From a virus, in IMG/VR virus record IMGVR_UViG_2890901082_000001, positions 1-64,000 of that record: a stretch of DNA of 64,000 nt; one strand, given 5' to 3'. Below the pieces are notes generated by a model. The model saw only the letters and a list, made by a program, of their open reading frames with translations. It was not told where the DNA came from and ran no database searches. Positions 53,403-61,028 of the stretch are shown here, in pieces (position 1 is the first letter of the stretch; each line of letters begins with the position of its first letter). Position numbers and translations under genes: made by a program.

Positions 53403-54173
53403 CTATTTGTTACGTTTTATTCTTTTTCTTTTTATAACTTCTTTAGGAGGATCCTTTTCCTCTGTAGTAATTTCTTCATGCGGAATTTCTTCTATTGATT
53501 CCGCTTTTTCGGGTAGTTCCTCCTCAGTCTTTTTACCAAAAAACGAAGCCAAAATACCGCCTGCAGGTTTCGAGGTTTCATCTTTGGAGGTACTGCTTGC
53601 CTGTATCGTCAGTGTTTGTCTATTCTGACCCATACGATCCGCTAAGTCAGCAAGCTTTGCCATACGATCAATTTCACCTGATAGTATCATGTCCGTTTTA
53701 CCTCCATCGGTTTTCTCTGCTGCACTTTCAACTGCAATCCTCTTGGACTGTATATCAATAAGTTCTTTTATGATCTCTTTTGGTGAAAGTTCTTTCATGC
53801 TCTCACTTTCCCAGTCGAAGGCACATTCTGACGACTCCTCAAAATATGGGCAAGAGGTATTCATGTAGCATTTCACACAACTAATCCCGATTTCTTTGGC
53901 GGGAATTTTTTTGGTCCTCTTTACAGGAGCATCCCAAGTAGCACTCCATTCGAGCTGAGGTCTTGCCGATATTTTAAGAAGAAATTCCTTTTTACACTTA
54001 GACATGATGCTTGGATCACTACATCCTTCGCACTTGTCTTCATCTCCGAATTCTTCTAGCCTATTCTTCATGAAGCAGTTGCATATTATGTTTTTATGCA
54101 TCAACTCCGAGTAGTGCATTGAGAGAGCTTTTACCCACTCTTCTACCTGTTCTTTTGTTTCTTTTGTAATCAT
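53403..54173 (-). CDS. Cys-rich hypothetical protein (256 aa) with acidic/basic C-terminal tail
   Basis: Nine Cys residues, including CNC, CEGC and CVKCYMNTSCP...C. No family recognised. Confidence 0.5.
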   Translation of the reverse strand: MITKETKEQVEEWVKALSMHYSELMHKNIICNCFMKNRLEEFGDEDKCEGCSDPSIMSKCKKEFLLKISARPQLEWSATWDAPVKRTKKIPAKEIGISCVKCYMNTSCPYFEESSECAFDWESESMKELSPKEIIKELIDIQSKRIAVESAAEKTDGGKTDMILSGEIDRMAKLADLADRMGQNRQTLTIQASSTSKDETSKPAGGILASFFGKKTEEELPEKAESIEEIPHEEITTEEKDPPKEVIKRKRIKRNK

Positions 54174-54337
54174 AGTATTCCAAATAGCCTACAGAAAAAG
54201 TATATCAGCATTAGAGCTACAAAGTTTTTAAACAAAACCTGTACGAATTGAAGTACAAGAAATTTGATAATCTCAAAGCCTACACAACACGCGTAGACGA
54301 TAACAAATCCGAAAAATGTGTATATAAGTGCTACCAT
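54170..54337 (-). CDS. possible small hydrophobic protein (55 aa, 2 TM)
   Basis: My own translation: MVALIYTFFGFVIVYACCVGFEIIKFLVLQFVQVLFKNFVALMLIYFFCRLFGIL. ATGA overlap with the next gene. Confidence 0.35.
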   Translation of the reverse strand: MVALIYTFFGFVIVYACCVGFEIIKFLVLQFVQVLFKNFVALMLIYFFCRLFGIL

Positions 54338-54353
54338 ATCTATCCTTATGTTT

Positions 54354-55379
54354 TTAGGTTTTCCAATGACTCCAAACTGTTCCCAGCTCTTTGTTTTTTA
54401 TTCTAGCTCTCTTAGTCACCTGCTCTCTAAACGTCAGCCAACTTTGTGCGCCATAAATATTATTATGATATGCATTCCTTCCTTTTACCAATGTTTTGAG
54501 ATCCATCGTTCCATTGCCCCAATTTTTTAGTTTATGCTTTTCTCTTTTTCTATAGTGTTTCATGTCGGGGTCAAGCCTTATAAAGTTTGTTCCATCCGCA
54601 TGAAAGCTAACTCCCATCTGATCGGCCATTAGCCAAGATGAAGAATCCGCTGCAAAAGTTGGGAGATCAAAAGAAGGAAGTGTTTCCGTGTACCCAAACA
54701 GATGAATTGGTACATTGTATATTTTTTGAATTTGGTGTATCTGAGGAAGTAACTTTGTAATAGACATCCCAGAAGCAACTCCAACATAGTCGAAACTTCT
54801 AGCATACTCTTCAAGCCTTTTTAACCCATACCTATCTCCATGTATGCCTAAAGTATCCGCATGGGCTATAAAACAAACATTAACCACCTTCGAAAGTGGT
54901 CTAAAGTATTTCTCGTTCCATTCATCCACCACTTCTCTCCCCACATATCCGTCTAAGTCCATATTTGCAACAACATAAAGACATTCTGCATGATCGTAAC
55001 ACCACTGCACATACTCCTCAATGTATCCAATCCAAAAATTGGGATCATACCATTCCTCTTTCGCTTCATCTTGGTTAAAGAATGAGAATGCCCCTGAATC
55101 CGTCATAAACAGATTTTTCTTTGTTTCATCCTTCTTAAAGTCTGAGAATAATATTTCTGTAAAACCTTCTAGATTTTTTTTGATGTAATGGTAAGACACT
55201 AAGACTTCATGTATCCCACAACTCCACAGTTGATGAATACGCTGAATATTCGTAGATACAAAAAAGGTGACCCTATGTTCTACACATGGATCATAGATAA
55301 ACTCTTTGGATTTATTTGAGCGAATCTTTCTTTCCTTTGCTACTATTTGTCTAGTGCTTTTTCGTACTCTTCCTGCCAT
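54354..55379 (-). CDS. dpdA: DpdA-like DNA-guanine transglycosylase (TGT superfamily)
   Basis: LFMTDSGAFSFF matches the DpdA/TGT catalytic Asp motif. Size fits. Adjacent to queC. Confidence 0.7.
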   Translation of the reverse strand: MAGRVRKSTRQIVAKERKIRSNKSKEFIYDPCVEHRVTFFVSTNIQRIHQLWSCGIHEVLVSYHYIKKNLEGFTEILFSDFKKDETKKNLFMTDSGAFSFFNQDEAKEEWYDPNFWIGYIEEYVQWCYDHAECLYVVANMDLDGYVGREVVDEWNEKYFRPLSKVVNVCFIAHADTLGIHGDRYGLKRLEEYARSFDYVGVASGMSITKLLPQIHQIQKIYNVPIHLFGYTETLPSFDLPTFAADSSSWLMADQMGVSFHADGTNFIRLDPDMKHYRKREKHKLKNWGNGTMDLKTLVKGRNAYHNNIYGAQSWLTFREQVTKRARIKNKELGTVWSHWKT

Positions 55380-56077
55380 TGATCAAAAAGTGAGAAAGTT
55401 GACATATACTCAAGTTGGTCCTTATATAAGGCTTCAATATGAGGTTTTACATCTTGATCGAAACAATCAATCCCTATATCATTATTAGCAAGTGCTACTG
55501 CTTTTCTTACACAGGCAGAACACTTACCACACCCCTTATCTGTAGTAGGGGCATAACAAGAAATGAGTTCAGAAATTTCTTTTTCTGTAACCACATTTTC
55601 CTCAAGACATAGGTTTAATGCTTCAGACTTGGACAAGTCCTTATGCGGGGAAATAACTTCGGGGGAGAACCCTTTCCAGTTTTCGGGTTTAGGTACATTG
55701 TAATAATATACCTTCATAAAGTTCTCTACAGCTTTGAGAATATCTTCGTTAGTGTCCCTAAAAAAGTCAAATACTGTAGTTCCAACAAAAACTTTTGGAG
55801 CATGCTCAAAAGCCTTGAGGAAAAAATAAATATTGCGAAGAGGAACATAATGGTTTGCCTCAGACTCCATCCTAAATGTATCATTGATCTTAAGATCTTC
55901 ATTAGGGGCGTATATCTGATTACGTACTTGTTCCTGTTCTCTTTTTGAATAATCTACACCTACATTGAAGTGTAAAAGCGTGAGTGGTTCTAGTGATTCC
56001 CTTAATCGCTTTCTAAGCAAAAAAGAGTCAAAGCCTCCTGAATACAGAAGTACTTTAGGTTCATATTTGTGTGACAT
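55343..56077 (-). CDS. queC: 7-cyano-7-deazaguanine (preQ0) synthase
   Basis: PP-loop VLLYSGGFDSF, then PLRN, and the C-terminal Zn-Cys cluster SCY...GCGKCSACVRK. Confidence 0.8.
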   Translation of the reverse strand: MSHKYEPKVLLYSGGFDSFLLRKRLRESLEPLTLLHFNVGVDYSKREQEQVRNQIYAPNEDLKINDTFRMESEANHYVPLRNIYFFLKAFEHAPKVFVGTTVFDFFRDTNEDILKAVENFMKVYYYNVPKPENWKGFSPEVISPHKDLSKSEALNLCLEENVVTEKEISELISCYAPTTDKGCGKCSACVRKAVALANNDIGIDCFDQDVKPHIEALYKDQLEYMSTFSLFDQWQEEYEKALDK

Positions 56078-56098
56078 CGCTTAATATTTTTATGCAGC

Positions 56099-56119
56099 AC
56101 CCCCTTATTGTTAGGGGGC
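56099..56119. other. GC hairpin CCCCCT-tattgtt-AGGGGG between the basic-peptide ORF and queC
   Basis: Read from the sequence. No clear U-run on the minus RNA. Confidence 0.4.
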
Positions 56120-56145
56120 GCTTTTAGCTTGTGGGTTAGTGCCTG

Positions 56146-56271
56146 CTAACCTTTAGCTCTTTGGGCTGTAGCACTTCTTTGAGATTTTACTTTTCCTGAA
56201 GCACCTTTTTTAGCACCTCCGGATTTTCTCGTAGTTCTACGTCCAACCGCTCTACCTCTAGATTTTGCCAT
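56146..56271 (-). CDS. possible 41-aa extremely basic peptide
   Basis: My own translation: MAKSRGRAVGRRTTRKSGGAKKGASGKVKSQRSATAQRAKG. Below the ORF-track cutoff. Confidence 0.35.
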   Translation of the reverse strand: MAKSRGRAVGRRTTRKSGGAKKGASGKVKSQRSATAQRAKG

Positions 56272-56313
56272 CTTGTCAAAAAATTAAGGTTTACGTTTTC
56301 TCCTCTAGTTTGC

Positions 56314-56601
56314 TTAGAGGGCAGAAGTAGCTTGGATTAAACCAATTCGTTCTTTAAGCACCTTAGTACTAATTGCTACCTTTCCGTCTGAGACATTTGT
56401 GAAAGAGTGATTATAACTAAGCTTAACGCCTTTTGTATAAAATCTACCACTGGCCTCGATTACGGCTTTTATTTTTTGATTAAGCGCTCCTGCTCCTACG
56501 GAGACGAGGTTTACGCTTTCCTGCTGTCGAAGACCTTGCTCTATCGACTTTGCGAGCCTTTGTACGTTCGTCTGTGTTGATACTTTGATGATGTTTTGCA
56601 T
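56314..56601 (-). CDS. SpoVS-like (Alba-fold related) nucleic-acid-binding protein
   Basis: IIKVSTQTNVQRLAKSIEQGLRQQESVNLVSVGAGALNQKIKAVIEASGRF aligns by eye with Bacillus SpoVS (ILKVSAKS...IQAIGAGALNQAVKA). Start taken at MQNIIKV. Confidence 0.7.
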   Translation of the reverse strand: MQNIIKVSTQTNVQRLAKSIEQGLRQQESVNLVSVGAGALNQKIKAVIEASGRFYTKGVKLSYNHSFTNVSDGKVAISTKVLKERIGLIQATSAL

Positions 56602-57076
56602 AGTGCATTTTTTCCTTTGTGTATAGTGCAATCAGTAATGCATCGCTCGTTTTCAAAGTTACCTTCAGATTTGTAAAGAACGAAATCGCCAAGGATTTTA
56701 ATCTGTTTTTATATTTTGTTGTTGATTCAGTCTTACCCTTTTTGAGTTTAAAATGCTTCATCCAAGTAGCGGGTGTTTCAAAAATAACCCGTGCAAAAAG
56801 AGTATAAGCAATCAAACTCATTATACCTTTATTTTCACCAAAAGAGAACGCCTGCTTACTTCCATCGCGGGGCATCGAATGTACATTCTCCATGATACAA
56901 ATATATTGCCCTCTTTCTAAGCGAGAATTTTCTTGAAAATCCTTTATAAATGCATATGCCTCTACTGCAGTCGTTGGGTTGGGATAAACTACCACCTCGT
57001 CATGATATATAATAGCCATCGCCCCACTCTTTCCAGGGTCAATTCCAACGAAAGCAATTTCCTCATTTTGTAACAT
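56480..57076 (-). CDS. RuvC-like Holliday junction resolvase
   Basis: Start at MLQNEEIAFVGIDPGKSG (motif copy 8 nt upstream). Catalytic-type residues GIDPG, IMENV and SDALLIA. The basic C-terminal tail overlaps the SpoVS-like gene by 122 nt. Confidence 0.65.
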   Translation of the reverse strand: MLQNEEIAFVGIDPGKSGAMAIIYHDEVVVYPNPTTAVEAYAFIKDFQENSRLERGQYICIMENVHSMPRDGSKQAFSFGENKGIMSLIAYTLFARVIFETPATWMKHFKLKKGKTESTTKYKNRLKSLAISFFTNLKVTLKTSDALLIALYTKEKMHYAKHHQSINTDERTKARKVDRARSSTAGKRKPRLRRSRSA

Positions 57077-57084
57077 AAGATCTA

Positions 57085-57096
57085 AATATTTGTGTG
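57085..57096 (-). promoter_or_regulatory. conserved upstream motif copy, 8 nt before ATG 57076
   Basis: aatatttgtgtg on the + strand. Confidence 0.6.
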
Positions 57097-57253
57097 TATT
57101 TCTACTTTTTAAAATCGCTTTTATTTGCTTTGTATTTCTTCTCACATCGCATTTAAAATATAGTTAGATATATTTTCATTACTTAAGTTGTAAGTGACGT
57201 TACAAGGCAAAATATAAAGGAATAGCGGATTGAGGTATGCCGACCCTATCACA

Positions 57254-57649
57254 CTACTTTTTTACTTCTTTTAGGTTATTAAACCAATAAGAAAAATCTT
57301 GCATAGAGTTCACCTGCAGCAATACATACTCAGGACATACCCTATTTAAAAAGGCTGAAGCTAAACGAACATCAATAAGAGCATTACCATATCCCCCTGT
57401 TTTCTTGTCCAAAGAAACGGATTTGGCTCCCGCTCTCTCCAACTCTCCAATAGAAAGGAATCCATTTTTCTTCCTTACTCTCTTAAAGATGTTCTCTAGA
57501 TTTTCTCTAGTACTCTTTGATGACCTATTTTTCCTCTCAATAGCCAAAAAAAGATTCATAGTTTCCTTCAATCGGAACCATGAATTGAAAGAGGCTTTAG
57601 AGGCGTTTGACACCTCTAAAACTTCAACTAATCTAATTTTTTTAAACAT
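57254..57649 (-). CDS. hypothetical protein (131 aa)
   Basis: Start taken at MFKKIRLVEV, giving an 8-nt overlap with the upstream gene. Confidence 0.4.
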   Translation of the reverse strand: MFKKIRLVEVLEVSNASKASFNSWFRLKETMNLFLAIERKNRSSKSTRENLENIFKRVRKKNGFLSIGELERAGAKSVSLDKKTGGYGNALIDVRLASAFLNRVCPEYVLLQVNSMQDFSYWFNNLKEVKK

Positions 57650-58073
57650 TATTTCTTCTTCGGGTAATTTCCCTTGAAAGTACTTCAAAGGAGTGGAGGA
57701 TTGAGCTATGCTTATCCTTCAACATTTCATATAAAATTTGAGTTTGGAGGAGTTCTCCCTTAAGCCCACTAACTACGGGGTCTGAATCCGCTGAAGCTTC
57801 TTTTTCTTTTACAGACTTCCCTTTCGCTAATATGATCAACGAAGCTCTTTTGGTATTATAATTATGCTCCTCTGACTGCAGTGCTGCCCTTGTCATAATC
57901 AATTGTGATTCGACAAATTCACGCCAAGCGTTATAGTTGCCTAACATGGAACCCATCTCGTCAGCAGAGAGTTCGTTTAAATCGGCAGGAAGGTGGGTAA
58001 ACTCCCCTTCCGGTTTCGCTCTTTGAGTCGTTCCTAACAACTTCTTAAACCTGTTTACTGCTTCGGTTTTCAT
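57642..58073 (-). CDS. hypothetical protein (143 aa)
   Basis: ORF track. Motif copy 8 nt upstream. Confidence 0.45.
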   Translation of the reverse strand: MKTEAVNRFKKLLGTTQRAKPEGEFTHLPADLNELSADEMGSMLGNYNAWREFVESQLIMTRAALQSEEHNYNTKRASLIILAKGKSVKEKEASADSDPVVSGLKGELLQTQILYEMLKDKHSSILHSFEVLSREITRRRNNV

Positions 58074-58081
58074 ATAAGTTT

Positions 58082-58093
58082 AATATTTGTGTG
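58082..58093 (-). promoter_or_regulatory. conserved upstream motif copy, 8 nt before ATG 58073
   Basis: aatatttgtgtg on the + strand. Confidence 0.6.
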
Positions 58094-58100
58094 TTTGATG

Positions 58101-58880
58101 CTAGGACTGATCCCAGCATGTGGTTCTGTAGGGACAGCTGCATGCCCTTTGGCTGTCGCTTACTTTACATTTGCGTTTACTTGGGAGGGTTTTACTTAAA
58201 CCTTCATCAACAATTTTATTCATAGCTCGAACAAGATCCTTTCGTACAGGTCGAATAAATTCCCTGATTTCACTAGTATTCTTGTTGATGTACAAATAGA
58301 TTATTCCATCAATCTGCTCTCCCTGTTGGATCAACTCATTTGCATAAAAAGAAGCTTGACCTTCATGCTTTTCAATAGGAGCATATTTTAGATGCTTTGT
58401 AGTAAAATCCCCGTGAGTTTTCACTTCTAAGACGTATCGTTTTTTACGCAGATTTACGATCCCGTCTGCTCTACCATCAACTTTTCGTTTTCGATTTCTT
58501 ATCGGGTATTCCGCTGCTTCTAATATCCCTTGTTGACGTAGACACTCCTGAACATATAAATGAACAAAATGCCCTATATCGAAGGTCAACTGAAGACTTG
58601 CGGGAATCGGGTCGGGTAAATCCGAAAACTCCTCTTCGTTGATGTCATACCATAACTTTCTTGAACACCCGTCATGTAATTCTGACGGATGTACTTTATT
58701 TCTTTTTCGCTCTCCTCTCATAAGTACAGGAAGCATTGCTCCAAGGTGTTCATCAATCCTTTTGCCAAGAAGGATCTTTTGACCTAATCTGCGAGCTTCT
58801 ATTCCCGCTTGCTTTTTTTCTATACTTAATTGAGAAATTCCGCGCTCTAAATATGAGCGTAGTGTTTCTGACCTTAACAT
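58101..58880 (-). CDS. PD-(D/E)XK exonuclease, Cas4/RecB-like, with Cys cluster
   Basis: GRADGIV...YVLEVKT (D...ExK). One N-terminal Cys (DGCSRK) plus the C-terminal CSCPYRTTC, as in Cas4-type Fe-S nucleases. Confidence 0.7.
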   Translation of the reverse strand: MLRSETLRSYLERGISQLSIEKKQAGIEARRLGQKILLGKRIDEHLGAMLPVLMRGERKRNKVHPSELHDGCSRKLWYDINEEEFSDLPDPIPASLQLTFDIGHFVHLYVQECLRQQGILEAAEYPIRNRKRKVDGRADGIVNLRKKRYVLEVKTHGDFTTKHLKYAPIEKHEGQASFYANELIQQGEQIDGIIYLYINKNTSEIREFIRPVRKDLVRAMNKIVDEGLSKTLPSKRKCKVSDSQRACSCPYRTTCWDQS

Positions 58881-58911
58881 AGTTAAAGATACTTATAATT
58901 ATCTTGAATTC

Positions 58912-61026
58912 CTAATAGGTATTCAATTTCTTAGAGACTTCTTTAGTAAAGAATCTAATAAAGCTTTTGTAGAAGTCCCCAGACGAAAAATCTAAAAACT
59001 TACCATTTCCATACAGATAATTTGCAGCTCTAACAGGCCCAATTAAGACAGGAATAAAGGGTATCCCTTCTTTTCTTATCTTATCAACGGAAAGCTTTAA
59101 TGCCTTCTCAGCATCTTCCGTTTTTAATTTACCTTCCAGTTGAACGGATACATCCGTGGGTTCCCCGTCACTGATTAGAATTAGAATAAAGTTCTGTCCA
59201 AATTCCTCCTCCATCAGCTTTTTGGTTTTAATCAGTGCATCCGCATCTGCATTTGATCCTTCGGGGTCTAGTTGAGGAATTTTTTTGAGAGTTTTTGTAC
59301 CTCTAGTATAAAGCTCTCTCAATGTCGCTCCTCCAGAAACATGATAAGACTCTGCGGTATCATGCGCCCAAACACGAACTTCCATTTTTGGAACGGACTG
59401 TGCAGCCTTCGTAATACAAAGTGCTACTTCTTTTGCTACATCAGATCGGGTTCTTCCTCCTGGTTCTTCTAGTTTCATACTTCCACTATTGTCTACAAGG
59501 ATTCCAACACCAACTACTCCCGTCTCTACGACTTCTTTTTGCATGTAGATAGAAGAAACTCCCGCCTTTACTTCTGCAATTTTTGAGCGATCCATTTTTC
59601 CCGTTCTTTGAGAATTACGAACATACTCCCTCGTTTCTGCTACAGCGTTTAATCTTCTAGAAAGGAATTGAGCATCTCCTCTAACTTCTGCAATAGCTCT
59701 GTTATACTGTCTATTGTCACATTCTTTACCCTCTACAACTACAACACCATCAATAGTTGAGTACTCCTTAAATGTGATATGTATGTGTTGTTTTTGCTCT
59801 TTAGGTTTTTCTGCATTATCTCCGCCTGTAGGTGAAGGAGATCCGCCTAGAGTTTCAACAATATCTTTGATATTCTCTGATTTATCCACTACATTTTCGA
59901 AACTATCCCCGTTTCCGGAGGTATCTCCTTCAGGTTTTGAATCTGAGTCTTTGTCACTGTCTCCCCCCTCGCCATCTTTTGAGTCTTCTGTTTCATCGCT
60001 ATCCCCACTTCTATCTTTCTCTGTCTGAGATTCGCTGTCCCCTTCTCTATCGCTCTCTTCTTCGGGATTTTTTGAAGGTTTACTTTTTTTACCCTTGTCA
60101 GACACTTTTTTGTTACCGCTACTATTAGAAGAGTCAGAAGAAGCATCTCCCTCTGATTCTGAGGAGTCGCTGCTAGATTCATTATTTAAGTCTGAGGAAT
60201 CCTCAAACTTTGACTTAATCCAATCAAAGGTTTTCCTTGAGTACTCGCAAACTTCTTCAAAGGTTTCGGGAAGTTTACCTTCTACGATTTTTTCAAATTC
60301 TTTGATTTCTGTTGCAAGTTCCTTCTCCATGATCGGGAGGATTCTTGAGGGATACCTTACCGAAAGGAATACAAAGTTTATAAGTTTTTCAAGAGGGCTT
60401 GACTCTCTATACTTATCCTTACACTTAGCATCATATCTGCCAAAGTAGTGTTCTTTTAACTTCTCGATGAACAAGTGGGTCCCAGGGTTTTCTTCTGTCA
60501 TGATCCTTTCTATTCGTTCATCTTCAAAAATGTTTCGAAGATTCTGCTCCAAAGGATGCCTTGGCTTTGTCTTCTCTTTACCAATAGGAGTATAAAGACA
60601 GTGCGATGCTTCGTGAACGGTTAGTCCTAAAAATATATCTTGTAAGCCATCTACGAATAACCTTTTACTCGATTCTTTTGAGGGAGGTGATTCTAACGAA
60701 CCTGTTCCAACCTGAATAGTGCTGCCGTCCGTAAAGGAATTATTCGAAAATTGATTTACAACAAGATTGGCCCTTACACCTAAAGAGCATAGTAAGGCTC
60801 TTGCCTTATCTTCCATTACGTTGACGAATAAATTCTCTTCCTTAGTATTTCGAACTTTCGAGTCTGAGGCAAATCGTTCTTTTACCCTTCTATATTTAAC
60901 CGAGTTTTCTATAAGGTATGTAGAAAACGAGTCATGTCTATACTTTGAAGCCCATGCAGATACATACCCTTCTTGCTTATGCGTGAAGGAAGTTTCCTTT
61001 TCGCTTCTGTTGAAAATATCTCTCAT
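58912..61026 (-). CDS. VWA-domain protein with N-terminal HExxH metallopeptidase-like domain and acidic central linker
   Basis: HEASH in LTVHEASHCLY. MIDAS motif ILVDNSGSM. Central D/E/S-rich low-complexity region. Confidence 0.7.
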   Translation of the reverse strand: MRDIFNRSEKETSFTHKQEGYVSAWASKYRHDSFSTYLIENSVKYRRVKERFASDSKVRNTKEENLFVNVMEDKARALLCSLGVRANLVVNQFSNNSFTDGSTIQVGTGSLESPPSKESSKRLFVDGLQDIFLGLTVHEASHCLYTPIGKEKTKPRHPLEQNLRNIFEDERIERIMTEENPGTHLFIEKLKEHYFGRYDAKCKDKYRESSPLEKLINFVFLSVRYPSRILPIMEKELATEIKEFEKIVEGKLPETFEEVCEYSRKTFDWIKSKFEDSSDLNNESSSDSSESEGDASSDSSNSSGNKKVSDKGKKSKPSKNPEEESDREGDSESQTEKDRSGDSDETEDSKDGEGGDSDKDSDSKPEGDTSGNGDSFENVVDKSENIKDIVETLGGSPSPTGGDNAEKPKEQKQHIHITFKEYSTIDGVVVVEGKECDNRQYNRAIAEVRGDAQFLSRRLNAVAETREYVRNSQRTGKMDRSKIAEVKAGVSSIYMQKEVVETGVVGVGILVDNSGSMKLEEPGGRTRSDVAKEVALCITKAAQSVPKMEVRVWAHDTAESYHVSGGATLRELYTRGTKTLKKIPQLDPEGSNADADALIKTKKLMEEEFGQNFILILISDGEPTDVSVQLEGKLKTEDAEKALKLSVDKIRKEGIPFIPVLIGPVRAANYLYGNGKFLDFSSGDFYKSFIRFFTKEVSKKLNTY

Positions 61027-61028
61027 AA

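Noticed and set aside
56062-56073. A 12/13 match to the upstream motif inside queC codons 2-5 (ATG TCA CAC AAA TAT)
   Set aside because: It lies within the coding sequence, and the QueC PP-loop follows at the expected distance from this ATG. The nearby alternative ATG is out of frame. This is most likely coincidence, though a leaderless-type arrangement cannot be excluded.
14261-56077. Looked for QueF, amidotransferase-QueC fusion, ArcS-like or methyl/formyl-transferase tailoring enzymes that would predict a specific deazaguanine derivative
   Set aside because: No ORF showed the corresponding signatures by eye, so I did not predict any derivative beyond preQ0. Profile searches are needed.
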